Source of the DNA: an uncultured Desulfarculus sp.
GTDB taxonomy: Bacteria; Desulfobacterota; Desulfarculia; Desulfarculales; Desulfarculaceae
Reading direction: 5' to 3'
NCBI GenBank assembly: GCA_963665125.2
Contig: CAXXUK010000001.1
Span: 3,360,001 to 3,424,000, forward strand
DNA length: 64,000 nucleotides
Positions 28,428 to 40,043 of the stretch are shown here, in pieces. The position numbers were made by a program, and so were the translations under genes. The notes below the pieces were generated by a model that saw only the letters and a list, made by a program, of their open reading frames with translations, searched no databases and was not told the DNA's origin. Each line of letters starts with the position of its first letter. Within the stretch, counting starts at the first letter, position 1.

Positions 28428-29565
28428 TAAAAAGCCCCCCGAAAAAGTGCTGCTGGTGGATGATGAAATCAATATCCTGGAATCTTTCAGGCGCCAGTTG
28501 CACGGCCGCTTCAAGGTGACCACCGCCGAAGGGCCGGTCAATGCCCAAAAAATATTCCGGGAGCAAGGCCCTTTCGCGGTGGTGGTCTCGGACATGAAGA
28601 TGCCCGGCATGGACGGAGCCGAACTCCTGGCCTGGGTCCGCGAAAAGTCTCCCAATACGGTAAGGATCATCCTTACCGGCTATTCAGAGATGGACAACGC
28701 CATCAAGGCCATAAACGAAGGCCAGATATTCCGTTTTTTAACCAAGCCGTGCGAACCGGCGGCGTTGATGCGCACCCTGGTGGATGCGATCCGGCAGTAC
28801 CGCCTGGAGATATCCGAACAACAGCTTTTGGAGCAAACCCTTTCGGGGAGCATAAAGGTCCTTACCGATCTGCTGTCGCTGGCCAAGCCCCTGGCCTTTG
28901 GCCGGGCATCCAGGGCGGCCCGCTATATGCACATGGTGGTGAGGGAATTGGAGTTGGACAACCCCTGGCAATACCATACGGCGGCCATGCTTTCCCAGAT
29001 CGGTTGCCTTGAGCTGCCGGACAAACTGTTGCAGCGCGCCTATTCCGGGAAAAAGCTGTCCGAGCCCGAACAAAGGGTTTTCGACCATCATCCCCATACC
29101 GGAGCCAGCCTGCTCCTGAGCATCCCCAGAATGGAGACCGTATGCAAAATTATAGGAGGCCAGGCCGATTACGAGGACTATCTGTGCCGCAGCGGCGGTG
29201 AGGAGCAAAACATCGGCGCCTGCATCCTCAAGGCCGTTCTGGACATGGACACGCTTGAAATCAATGGCATGGCCAAGGCCGAGGCCTTGGCCGAAATGAA
29301 AAAGACCCACGGCCGCTACCACCCTGACGTGTTGATGGCCCTGGAAGAGGTCCTGGGTCTGGAGGCCCACTATATTCCCCGCGAAGTGGACATCAAAGAC
29401 CTCGAAGACCATATGATCCTCAACCAGGACATCACCAAGGACAATCAACTGGTCTTGTCAAAGGGGCAACAGCTCAGCCGCACCCTCATCGTAACCCTGC
29501 GCAGTTACCATTTGGCCAGCCCTCTGGAAGAGCCGATAAAAGTTCTCATTCCCCACAGCGAATGA
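28420..29565 (+). CDS. Response regulator with degenerate HD-like output domain
   Basis: LVDDE..SDMKMP..FRFLTKP; AAMLSQIG in place of the HD motif. Confidence 0.85.
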   Translation: MIDKKPPEKVLLVDDEINILESFRRQLHGRFKVTTAEGPVNAQKIFREQGPFAVVVSDMKMPGMDGAELLAWVREKSPNTVRIILTGYSEMDNAIKAINEGQIFRFLTKPCEPAALMRTLVDAIRQYRLEISEQQLLEQTLSGSIKVLTDLLSLAKPLAFGRASRAARYMHMVVRELELDNPWQYHTAAMLSQIGCLELPDKLLQRAYSGKKLSEPEQRVFDHHPHTGASLLLSIPRMETVCKIIGGQADYEDYLCRSGGEEQNIGACILKAVLDMDTLEINGMAKAEALAEMKKTHGRYHPDVLMALEEVLGLEAHYIPREVDIKDLEDHMILNQDITKDNQLVLSKGQQLSRTLIVTLRSYHLASPLEEPIKVLIPHSE

Positions 29566-29580
29566 GAAACACGGCATTGG

Positions 29581-29608
29581 TTGACAAAAAATGCCAATGG
29601 GATAACAT
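29581..29608 (+). promoter_or_regulatory. Putative sigma-70 promoter of glnS
   Basis: TTGACA-N16-TAACAT. Confidence 0.5.
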
Positions 29609-29687
29609 GCCTACATCAGATGACAATAAGGCCAGGACCGCCTATAACCATATTGATTAACCGTCTTACGAATACGGAGCGCCAGGC

Positions 29688-31391
<1,704 letters not shown>

Positions 31392-31413
31392 CCGAAAAAC
31401 CCTTCCGAATGTT

Positions 31414-31448
31414 GACCGGGCCTCATACGAGGTCCGGTTTTGTTTTTT
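31414..31448 (+). terminator. Intrinsic terminator after glnS
   Basis: ACCGGGCCTC-ATAC-GAGGTCCGGT followed by T-rich tail. Confidence 0.7.
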
Positions 31449-31538
31449 CCGAGCCCTGAATTACAACCGTTATGAGCATTGCATTTATCCAAATATTGGA
31501 TGACAATCTTCATGGCTTATGGGAGCAGGAGGGGCGCT

Positions 31539-32282
31539 ATGGACAAGGCACAGGCTCAATTTAAACTACACGAAGGCCTTCCGCGCTGTGGACCGGGCAG
31601 CGACCATGATACGGAGCTGGCCATTGACCTGCTGCCCCCGCTGCCCAAAAACCCGCGCATTGTCGACCTGGGCTGCGGCAACGGACGCCAGACCCTCCTG
31701 CTGGCCCGCCGTCTGGGGCCCGTGGAAGCCGTCGACATCTACCAACCCTATCTGAACCAGTTGCAACAGGCCGCCGCCACCGAGGACTTGGCCGACCGTA
31801 TCACCATACGCTGCGCCGACATGGCCGATCTGGATTATGAGCCGGGCTCCATCGACCTGATCTGGTCCGAGTGCTCCATTCACATGCTGGGCTTCGAACA
31901 GGGCCTCAAATTGTGGCGGCCCTTGTTGAAACGGGGCGGTCTTCTGATGGTCTCCGACCTGACCTGGATGAGCAAGGACCGCTCCTCCAACGTTGCCGAT
32001 TTTTGGGGGCGCCGCCGCAAAGAGATGGGCAGCATGGTCGACAACCTGATGACGGCCCGCAAACTGGGGTATCAGCCCGTCAATCATTTCATGATCCAAT
32101 CATATTCCTGGTGGGACGACTATTACCTGCCCCTGATGAAGCGCATCGAGTTTCTCAGACCATTGGCCGAAAAAGAGACGGCCATGGCCGCGGCCATCCG
32201 TGACGCAGAACTGGAGATCGCCGTCCGCCGTCAATACGGCCACAGCTACGGCTGCGTATATTACATTTTCAGCGCCAACTAG
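31539..32282 (+). CDS. Class I SAM-dependent methyltransferase
   Basis: PRCGPGS; IVDLGCGNGRQT; IDLIWSE. Confidence 0.9.
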   Translation: MDKAQAQFKLHEGLPRCGPGSDHDTELAIDLLPPLPKNPRIVDLGCGNGRQTLLLARRLGPVEAVDIYQPYLNQLQQAAATEDLADRITIRCADMADLDYEPGSIDLIWSECSIHMLGFEQGLKLWRPLLKRGGLLMVSDLTWMSKDRSSNVADFWGRRRKEMGSMVDNLMTARKLGYQPVNHFMIQSYSWWDDYYLPLMKRIEFLRPLAEKETAMAAAIRDAELEIAVRRQYGHSYGCVYYIFSAN

Positions 32283-32392
32283 CCGTCCCAGGCCGTGTTT
32301 GCCCGAAAAGCTGGCGCTACGGGTCTGGTCCGGGTTATATTTATTGGCCGTAACTCGCCGAGCACCGGCTTGGGGGACGAGAGGATGTTTTT

Positions 32393-34048
32393 TTGACGGC
32401 CGCCGCCTGGACATCGACAATGGGAGCCATCATCGGCCTGCTTTGCCAGGTCAACTGGATGATGGCCCACGGCCCGGATAGATGGCCCTTGCGCCTGGCG
32501 CTGGGCGCGGTTGGCGGCTGGCTGCTGGTGCGAGGAGCCGTCCTGGCCTGGGAGCGTCTGGGCCGCCGCCGCTTCTGGCCCGGCTGGCATGGCTTCCGGG
32601 AGCTTTTGGCGGGCAAACGCACGGTGGCCGGCCTGTTGGCCGCGGGGCTGGTGATGATCTACCTGGGCTCCATGGGCGGCCACTTCTATTCCTTTGACGC
32701 CTGGTTCCGCTTTCTTACCACCAAATCAATCGTCGATGAGGGCTCGCTGATCATCGACCCCATACCAGGCAAGCTGCCGCCCTTGGTCAGCAAGACCGGC
32801 ATCCTCCAACCCATTCTGACCATACCTTTTTATATAGCCAGCAAGGCCATCCCCCAGGGCAGCGTCCCGCCGCCAATGGACTTGAAGGGCCCGGTCGAGC
32901 CCGACGAGATGGTGGCCAGCACCATGAACCAGTTCACCACGCCGCTTATCGCCCTGGTGTTCTTTTTGATGCTCATCGACTGGGGCTATTCCCGGAGGGT
33001 GGCTTTCTCGGCCACGCTTGTCATGGCCCTGGCCACCATTGCCTGGCCCTATTCGCGCTATTATTTCAGCGAACCGATCATGGGCCTGTGCCTTATCACA
33101 TCGGTTTGGCAGATGCTGCGCTTTCGCCTCAGGCTCAATACCAGGCACCTGTTTTACAGCGGTCTGGCCCTAGCCGTTGGCGCGATCAACACCACCGTAT
33201 TCCTGGTGGTGGCCGTGCCCATGTCGGGCCTGTACCTGGCTTGGCTCTTGTGGCCCCGGCGCGGCGGCGTGTGCACCTCCTGGCCCCAAGCCGTACGCCT
33301 GGCCCTGGTCTGGGCCGCGCCGGTGTTCATTGCCGGTTGCTGGGTCCTGTGGTTCAACTGGTACCGTTTCGGCGGCATGTTCAAGACCGGCTACGAAGGC
33401 GACCAGGGCTTCCCTAACTTCATCTACGACGGCCGGGCCGGTTTTTCCCTGGCCTCCTGGGTGGGCCTGCACGGCCTGCTCTTCAGCCCGGGAAAAAGCG
33501 TCTTCCTGTTCAGCCCGCCGCTTATCGCCGCGCTGTTGTACATGCGCGGGTTCTTCAGCCGCCGCCGGGCCGAATCGTTACTCATCGCCATGCTCTGCCT
33601 GGGCTGGCTGGCCCTGTACTGCAAGTGGTGGGCCTGGCACGGCGACATCGCCTGGGGCCCGCGCTACCTGGTTCCGGTGACGTTTTTGGCCATGCTGCCC
33701 CTGGCCCAGGCCTTCAAGCTGTGGCCCCAGCGCGGCCTGATGTTCCAGAGCGTATTGCTTTTCGTGATTCTTTTCGGAATTGTGGTCCAGTTGCTTGGCA
33801 TTGCCCTGCATTTTGAGCTACAGTTCAGCGCTATAGTCGGACCACGGCAAAAGGACCTGCCTTTGTTGCATTACATCCCGCATTATTCCCACGTCATGGG
33901 CAACTACCGCATGCTTGTCATGGGAGCCAGCCCGGACTTCTATCTCCTGGGCAGGCCCCTGGGGCTGATTCTGACCGTGGGCGGGGCGTTATGCACGGGC
34001 CTGGCCTGGCTGGGGGCCTTCACCCGCAGGCCGGGGGAGGCCTCATGA
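32393..34048 (+). CDS. Polytopic membrane protein, GT-C-like (polyprenyl-sugar-dependent glycosyltransferase)
   Basis: 10+ TM; early SFD; YSRYYFSEP; GLLFSPGKSVFLFSP; WGPRYLVP; overlaps the GT2 gene. Confidence 0.65.
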   Translation: MTAAAWTSTMGAIIGLLCQVNWMMAHGPDRWPLRLALGAVGGWLLVRGAVLAWERLGRRRFWPGWHGFRELLAGKRTVAGLLAAGLVMIYLGSMGGHFYSFDAWFRFLTTKSIVDEGSLIIDPIPGKLPPLVSKTGILQPILTIPFYIASKAIPQGSVPPPMDLKGPVEPDEMVASTMNQFTTPLIALVFFLMLIDWGYSRRVAFSATLVMALATIAWPYSRYYFSEPIMGLCLITSVWQMLRFRLRLNTRHLFYSGLALAVGAINTTVFLVVAVPMSGLYLAWLLWPRRGGVCTSWPQAVRLALVWAAPVFIAGCWVLWFNWYRFGGMFKTGYEGDQGFPNFIYDGRAGFSLASWVGLHGLLFSPGKSVFLFSPPLIAALLYMRGFFSRRRAESLLIAMLCLGWLALYCKWWAWHGDIAWGPRYLVPVTFLAMLPLAQAFKLWPQRGLMFQSVLLFVILFGIVVQLLGIALHFELQFSAIVGPRQKDLPLLHYIPHYSHVMGNYRMLVMGASPDFYLLGRPLGLILTVGGALCTGLAWLGAFTRRPGEAS

Positions 34049-34761
34049 AGGTCTCGGTGATCGTGCCGGTCTACAACGAGCGGGCCACGGTGGCGGAGCT
34101 GCTGCGGCGTGTTGCCGCCGTTGATCTCGACAAGGAGATCATCGTGGTGGACGACGGCTCCACCGACGGCTCCCGGGAAATCCTGGCCGGGCTGGACATC
34201 CCGGACATGCGGCTACTGCTGCATGAAAAAAACACCGGCAAGGGCGGGGCCGTGCGCACGGGCATCTGCCACTGCACCGGCGGCGTGGTGATCATCCAGG
34301 ACGCCGACCTGGAACTGGAGCCAGGCGAGATCCCCTCGCTTATTGAGCCCATCATCAGCGGCCGGGCCGAGGTGGTCTACGGCTCGCGGATTCTCAACCC
34401 CAACAATCCCTCGCCCAACACGCCGTTCTACTGGGGCGGGCGGCTGACCACCCTGGCCTGCAACATCCTTTACGGCTCCCGGCTCACCGACGAGCCCACC
34501 TGCTACAAGGTCTTCCGGGCCGGGCTGATCAAGCGCATCGGCTTTTCGGGCAACCGCTTCGAATGGGAACCGGAGATAACGGCCAAGCTGTTGCGCCGGG
34601 GCGTGAAGATCCACGAGGTGCCCATCACCTATCACCCGCGCAGTTCCAGCGACGGAAAGAAACTGGGCGCCCGCGACGGCATCCAGGCCGTGTGGACGCT
34701 CTTGAAGCTGCGCTTTTCCCAAAAAACCATGATCGACCAGCCCTTGGAGCAACGGCAATGA
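34045..34761 (+). CDS. GT2 glycosyltransferase (DPM1/GtrB-like polyprenol-phosphate sugar synthase)
   Basis: VIVPVYNE; VVDDGSTDG; NTGKGGA; IQDADLE; VYGSR; HEVPITYHPR. Confidence 0.92.
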   Translation: MKVSVIVPVYNERATVAELLRRVAAVDLDKEIIVVDDGSTDGSREILAGLDIPDMRLLLHEKNTGKGGAVRTGICHCTGGVVIIQDADLELEPGEIPSLIEPIISGRAEVVYGSRILNPNNPSPNTPFYWGGRLTTLACNILYGSRLTDEPTCYKVFRAGLIKRIGFSGNRFEWEPEITAKLLRRGVKIHEVPITYHPRSSSDGKKLGARDGIQAVWTLLKLRFSQKTMIDQPLEQRQ

Positions 34762-36212
34762 AACGCGGCCTCAAGGCATGGGCCGCCTTTGTTCTGATCG
34801 CCCTGTGCCTGGCTCTGGCGGCCTGCGGCCAAGACCGCGGCAAGCCCGGCCCGGTGTTGCAGGACAAAAAGTATCTGGTCGGAGCCACCTATTACATCTG
34901 GTATCCCCTGAATTTCTATTTCGGGTTCATGCGCGGAGCCCTCAAGCCGCCCCAGTCGCCGTCCATGGGCCTGTACAGTTCGGTGGACCCCAAGGCCGCC
35001 GAGCAGCACATCGCCTGGTGCTCCCGCTATGGCATCGACTTTCTGGCCGTCAGCTGGTGGCCCAACAAGCCCGAGCTTAACCCGGCCATAGACAAGGGCC
35101 TGCTCAAAGCGGGCAACCTCAAAGACATCAAGTTCTGCATTTTTTACGAGACCTGGGGCGTGGGCTGGATCGAGGAAAAAGGGGCCACCATATTCGACCA
35201 GGCGGCCATCGACAAGCTCAATACCGACATGGATCAGATAGCCGACAAATACTTCGACAACCCCAGCTATCTGAAGATCAACAACAGGCCGGTGGTGTTT
35301 CTGTACCTTACCCGGACCCTGGCCGGAGACTATGAAAAGGCCTTCAAAGACCTGCGGGCCAGGCTAAAGGCCAAGGGCCACGACGTGTATTTCATTGCCG
35401 ACGAGATCTACTGGTCGGTGATGAGCACCCGCCAGCGCGAACAGCCCAAGCCGTTCCTGGAGCCCAAGCCCCAGCCGGAGCGGATCAAGCTTTTCGACGC
35501 CCTGACTTCATATAATATGTATCTGTCCTCCCGCTTGGACCACGGCGGCTACGGCGCCAAAAGCAACTGGGTCAGGGACGTGTCGGCCATGTACCGGCAA
35601 TATTTCGACCTATGCGGACCCAACACCAATTTCGTGCCCAACATCCTGCCCGGCTACAACGACCGGGGCTGCCGCCTGCCCATGCAGCAGTTCATCATTC
35701 CCCGGCAGTGGGACAAGGGCGCGCCCGAGGGCTCGTTCCTGGCCCACAGCTTTGACAAGCTGGCCCTGCCCTTTGTGGACCCCCGGCTGAACATGATCAT
35801 GATCACCTCGTTCAACGAGTGGAACGAAGACACGGCCATCGAGCCCACCATCGACGCGCCGCCCACAAATGAGGACATCAGCAAGACCGGCAAAGAGTTC
35901 ACCGACGGGTATGAGTATTACGGCTACGGCGCCAAGATGCTCGAAGTCGTACGCGACAAGGTCTGCGCCGTATCGGGCCGGGTGACGGACCAGGCGGGCA
36001 AGCCGGTCTGGGGCGCGGAAGTGACGGCCAGCCAAAACGGCAAGCCGGTAACCAAGGCCACGGCCGACCGCGACGGCTATTACACCCTCAGCCGCCTGCA
36101 TATGCCGCCGGGCCAGTATGAAATCAGCGCAGGCGGATCAACCAATACCGTGCACGTCGAAACCGGGGCCTGCCAAACAGGTGTTGATTTCGTGGATTCC
36201 GTGGCGCGTTAG
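34758..36212 (+). CDS. GH99-like glycoside hydrolase lipoprotein with C-terminal carboxypeptidase-regulatory-like domain
   Basis: LAAC lipobox; YYIWY; GIDFLAVSWW; PGYND; ITSFNEWNEDTAIEP (ExxE); VSGRVTD...ADRDGYYTL. Confidence 0.82.
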   Translation: MKRGLKAWAAFVLIALCLALAACGQDRGKPGPVLQDKKYLVGATYYIWYPLNFYFGFMRGALKPPQSPSMGLYSSVDPKAAEQHIAWCSRYGIDFLAVSWWPNKPELNPAIDKGLLKAGNLKDIKFCIFYETWGVGWIEEKGATIFDQAAIDKLNTDMDQIADKYFDNPSYLKINNRPVVFLYLTRTLAGDYEKAFKDLRARLKAKGHDVYFIADEIYWSVMSTRQREQPKPFLEPKPQPERIKLFDALTSYNMYLSSRLDHGGYGAKSNWVRDVSAMYRQYFDLCGPNTNFVPNILPGYNDRGCRLPMQQFIIPRQWDKGAPEGSFLAHSFDKLALPFVDPRLNMIMITSFNEWNEDTAIEPTIDAPPTNEDISKTGKEFTDGYEYYGYGAKMLEVVRDKVCAVSGRVTDQAGKPVWGAEVTASQNGKPVTKATADRDGYYTLSRLHMPPGQYEISAGGSTNTVHVETGACQTGVDFVDSVAR

Positions 36213-36330
36213 CCATCAGGGCCAAAGCAGTAGACATTATCCCCATAAATTAGTATTGTTTGTTCGGGTATGATCACGACGTGGTCATGCCAGGGCAAAG
36301 ATCCGCCCCAAATTCAAAAAGGTGGAATGC

Positions 36331-36606
36331 ATGCGCAAAGTATCAATGGCTTTGTTTTGTCTGGTGATTTTCGCGGCAGGCACAATGGTTGGCAGCCGCC
36401 TGGAACTGCCCCGGCCTGCTAAAGGGTATAGCCCCATCCTGACTAAATATGGGCAACTAACACTGCCGACCGGCGACTTTGATGTCCAGTATGAAGGCCA
36501 AACCATTCAGGTCCATAACGATGCGGGAAGCAGCATCCCGGTGAAGTTCACCCGGGAAGAAAAACCCGACGGATCGGTTGTTTTCTATGGCCTGAACGGC
36601 CGGTAG
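36331..36606 (+). CDS. Small exported hypothetical protein
   Basis: Signal-peptide-like N-terminus, AAGGTGG RBS. Confidence 0.6.
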   Translation: MRKVSMALFCLVIFAAGTMVGSRLELPRPAKGYSPILTKYGQLTLPTGDFDVQYEGQTIQVHNDAGSSIPVKFTREEKPDGSVVFYGLNGR

Positions 36607-36832
36607 CCTGTCACAAATTGGCAAAACGCCTGATGATTTGTCGGTTGGCCATGCTTTCGACGTCTCATCATCCTACCGGCCCCTCGACCAATCACCTGTT
36701 ACTAGCTGGTAATTAATACTTGACCAGGGCCGGGTTCTCATTATAAAAGCACTCAGATGGGTATGACCTTTCACCAATTACCGTCTGCCAGCGCTCATCA
36801 TTGAAACAACCCAATCAAAGAGAGCAAATCAG

Positions 36833-37564
36833 ATGCGCAAAATTGCCCTGATTCTTTTTACAGTGCTGGTATTCGGTACCCTCTTGGCTTGTTCCAGTTC
36901 AAGCTGCTCGGATAGCGGAGGAGCAGATTACCTCGGCCCCTGCCCACCGGGTCAGGTGGCGTTGTGGAGCGATACCGCCGGCAGATATACCTGTGTCAGC
37001 GAGTGTCCATCGGGCTATTCAAAGGTCACGGAACCGTATGCCTGGTACGATATATGTAAAAAGACCTGCCCCAACGGCAATCCGCCTACTTTCAACTACG
37101 ATACGATTGAATGGGAATGCAACAGCAGTCCCACATCAACACCGACAAGTTCGCCGACAGACGAACCGACGTCAACACCTACATCAACGTCCACTGCCAC
37201 GGCGACTCCCACTAACACGGCGACCTCAACGGCTACACCGACTTCCAGCACAAGTTGCATCCAAGGCACATGGACCGGCAACAGCCAGAGCAATAAAGGA
37301 TGGGGCGACCAGGGGCTGACATTTATAATCCAAGCCAACGGCACCAGCCTTTCGGGCACCGCAAAGCACACAAGCGCCGGGGTAACCACGGCCTCTCCCG
37401 CCACCGGGACAATAGGTTCCACTACACCTCCGACTTCTTTCACGTTCGGCAACAGCGGAGATACAACATATGTTGGAACGTTTGTGGACTGCGACACCAT
37501 AACCGGCACTTATACGGATGTTCACGGCGACTCGGGCACGTTTACCATCTACAAAGTGGAATAA
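36833..37564 (+). CDS. Lipoprotein paralog 1 (Cys-rich domain, Thr/Pro linker, beta domain)
   Basis: LLAC lipobox; CPxG repeats; STPT repeats; CIQGTWTG. Confidence 0.88.
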   Translation: MRKIALILFTVLVFGTLLACSSSSCSDSGGADYLGPCPPGQVALWSDTAGRYTCVSECPSGYSKVTEPYAWYDICKKTCPNGNPPTFNYDTIEWECNSSPTSTPTSSPTDEPTSTPTSTSTATATPTNTATSTATPTSSTSCIQGTWTGNSQSNKGWGDQGLTFIIQANGTSLSGTAKHTSAGVTTASPATGTIGSTTPPTSFTFGNSGDTTYVGTFVDCDTITGTYTDVHGDSGTFTIYKVE

Positions 37565-37579
37565 TAAGCGGCATAGCAT

Positions 37580-37993
37580 CGGGGTTGCCGCCTGCAACAT
37601 GCGGCAATTCGTCATTCCCCGGCAGTGGCGCAAAGACGCGCCGCCCACCAATGAGAACATCAGCAAGATCGGCCATGAGTTCGCCGGCGGTATGAGTATT
37701 ACGGCTACGGCGCCAAGATGCTTGAAGTCGTGCGCGACAAGGTCTGCGCCGTATCGGGCCGGGTGACGGACCAGGCTGGCCCGCCGGTCTGGAGCGCGGA
37801 GGTCACGGCCAAACTCGTGGGCAAAGCAGTGGCCACCGGCAAGACCGACCGCGACGGGCATTACACTCTAAGCCGCCTGCATATGCCGCCGGGCCAGAAT
37901 GAAGTCAGCGCCGCCGGTTCGGCCCGAACCATTTATATAGAGGCCAAAGCCCGCCAAAACGGCGTTGACTTCCGATATCCTCCCATTAAATAG
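37580..37993 (+). pseudogene. Degenerate duplicate of the GH99 gene 3' part (about 35664-36195) with internal deletion and frameshift
   Basis: Near-identical DNA and peptide (MLEVVRDKVCAVSGRVTDQAG...YTLSRLHMPPGQ). Confidence 0.9.
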
Positions 37994-38286
37994 TTCCGTT
38001 CCACCAAGCCCATCAATTTAACTGACTGATTTACCAACTTTTTTCCATATGCGAACGAATATTTCGCGGTGTTGGGCCCGGCGCGCCGCGATTGCGTTGC
38101 CCGAGGGCTGGCCGGCGGGGTTTAAAAATACGAAACGCAGTGTGCTAATTATATGGTGAAAATGGGTATTTGGTCCTTGACATGGTTTATCGCCCTGTAA
38201 GATAGTCGTCTTGATGAGCCCCGAATGACCGGCCTGCCCCCCACCCGCGCTCATCCCGGATCAACAAATAATTGCGAGAAGATGAC

Positions 38287-39036
38287 ATGCGTAGAATAAT
38301 TCTTATTCTAACCACCGTGGTGTTATTCGGGGCATGCTTCGCGTGCAGCAGTTCCAGTTGCTCGGACTCCGGCGGCGGCAGCAATGGTCCCTGCCCGCCG
38401 GGCACGTATCTGCAATGGTTGGATAACGGCGGCTACTCCTGTGTCAGTTCGTGCCCGACCGGTTATGTCGCGGTGACAAACCCGACCGCAAATTATTGGC
38501 AATGCATCAAGCGGTGTTCCGATGGCTCGACTCCCACTTGGAACTACGCCGCCCACGAATGGGAATGTAGCGGCGACCCAACGTCCACGCCAACCAGCAC
38601 ACCGACATCCGACCCAACGTCCACGGCCACGGCCACCGCAACACCAACATCCACGGCCACCGCAACACCAACATCCACGGCTACGGCCACCGCAACGCCC
38701 ACGGCCACGCCGACTTCCAGCAGCACCAGTTGCATCGGCGGCACCTGGACCGGCGCAAGCTGGAGCAACATAGGCTGGGGCGATCAGACCCTGGTGTTTG
38801 TCATCAATGCCAGCGGCACCAGCCTCTCCGGTAGCGTCAAGCACACCAGCGCCGGTGTTGTCTGGACCCACACCGCCACCGGCACAATCGGTTCGACCAC
38901 GCCGCCTACTTCGTTTAGGTTCGCCAACAGCGCCGACACCACCTATGTCGGCACTTTCATTGATTGCAACACCATAGAAGGAACCTACACCGACGTGCAC
39001 GGCGACAGCGGAAGGTTCACCATAACCAAACGATAA
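38287..39036 (+). CDS. Lipoprotein paralog 2
   Basis: FAC lipobox; CSDSGG; CPxG repeats; Thr/Pro linker; CIGGTWTG; C-terminus nearly identical to paralog 1. Confidence 0.88.
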   Translation: MRRIILILTTVVLFGACFACSSSSCSDSGGGSNGPCPPGTYLQWLDNGGYSCVSSCPTGYVAVTNPTANYWQCIKRCSDGSTPTWNYAAHEWECSGDPTSTPTSTPTSDPTSTATATATPTSTATATPTSTATATATPTATPTSSSTSCIGGTWTGASWSNIGWGDQTLVFVINASGTSLSGSVKHTSAGVVWTHTATGTIGSTTPPTSFRFANSADTTYVGTFIDCNTIEGTYTDVHGDSGRFTITKR

Positions 39037-39056
39037 TTACGAAAACAATGCATTCA

Positions 39057-39083
39057 GCGGCCGCCTTCGGGCGGCCGTTTTTT
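39057..39083 (+). terminator. Intrinsic terminator after paralog 2
   Basis: GCGGCCGCC-TTCG-GGCGGCCG followed by T-run. Confidence 0.85.
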
Positions 39084-39185
39084 GTTTGCCACGCATCAAT
39101 TTTTTCTAGCTGCATCAATTCATATTACCCCGCAATGACTTTAGTTGTATGGTGCCAATATTTAGTTCTCATATCGGGGGTGATC

Positions 39186-39902
39186 ATGAAAAGAAACGCC
39201 ATATCAATTATCGCGTTGTGTTTGCTTCTCTTTGTCTTTTTGGCATGTCAAAGCGGTGGCGGAGGAGGATCTTCCACTTCCGGCTGCTCCAGCCCCAGTT
39301 GTTCCAACAATGGAGGCGGTGGCGATTCCAAACCAACCGCCAGCGAGACGCCTTTGCCCACCGACACAGCCACTGCTTCACCAACACCGACGGAAACCAA
39401 CACCGCGACGCCAACATCGACGGCTACGTCAACCAACACCACGACACCAACACCTACAACAACATCGACGTCAACATCAACGCCAACACCGACGGCGACA
39501 ACAACCAGAACCGCAACGCCAACATCAACACCAACCAACACTTCCACAGCAACGGCAACGGCAACACCAACCCCGACCGCGACACCGTGTTTCCAGGGCA
39601 CCTGGACCGGCACCTCGACCAGTATTGCCGGTCATTGCAGCCGGACCTATACCGTCACCATGACCCAGTCGGGCACCAGCATCACCGCCAGGGTCAGGGA
39701 AACCTGCGACGGTTCCACGACAACGCACAATCTCAACGGGACAGTGGCCAAGACCACCGCGCCCACTTCGATTCACATTGGAAGCTTGGCCGGCGGAGAC
39801 AACATGCAGTTCGCCGGAACCGCAAGTAGTTGCTCAAAAATTACGGGCAACTATGATGCGCTAATGGATACCGACGCCGGCAGTTTCAGTTGGTCCAAGT
39901 AG
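39186..39902 (+). CDS. Lipoprotein paralog 3 (long Thr/Pro linker, no CPxG domain)
   Basis: FLAC lipobox; ~85-aa Thr-rich linker; CFQGTWTG. Confidence 0.85.
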   Translation: MKRNAISIIALCLLLFVFLACQSGGGGGSSTSGCSSPSCSNNGGGGDSKPTASETPLPTDTATASPTPTETNTATPTSTATSTNTTTPTPTTTSTSTSTPTPTATTTRTATPTSTPTNTSTATATATPTPTATPCFQGTWTGTSTSIAGHCSRTYTVTMTQSGTSITARVRETCDGSTTTHNLNGTVAKTTAPTSIHIGSLAGGDNMQFAGTASSCSKITGNYDALMDTDAGSFSWSK

Positions 39903-39927
39903 AACAAGAGCCAAGCCATGCAGACCC

Positions 39928-39951
39928 GCGGCCGCCTTCGGGCGGCCGTTT
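39928..39951 (+). terminator. Terminator hairpin after paralog 3, identical stem-loop to that after paralog 2
   Basis: GCGGCCGCCTTCGGGCGGCCGTTT. Confidence 0.8.
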
Positions 39952-40043
39952 ATATAGTAATTAACTATTGTTTTTAGGTTTTAAGCAGCGCTACCTTGAA
40001 AATATACGAAAACTGCTTACCCATGCATTCGCGGAGGTAAAGC

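Noticed and set aside
32385..32395. Phase-variable poly-T at the start of the GT-C-like gene (ATG followed by T7)
   Set aside because: One more T would put the ATG in frame, but the in-frame TTG at 32393 has a well-spaced GAGAGG RBS, so no switch is needed
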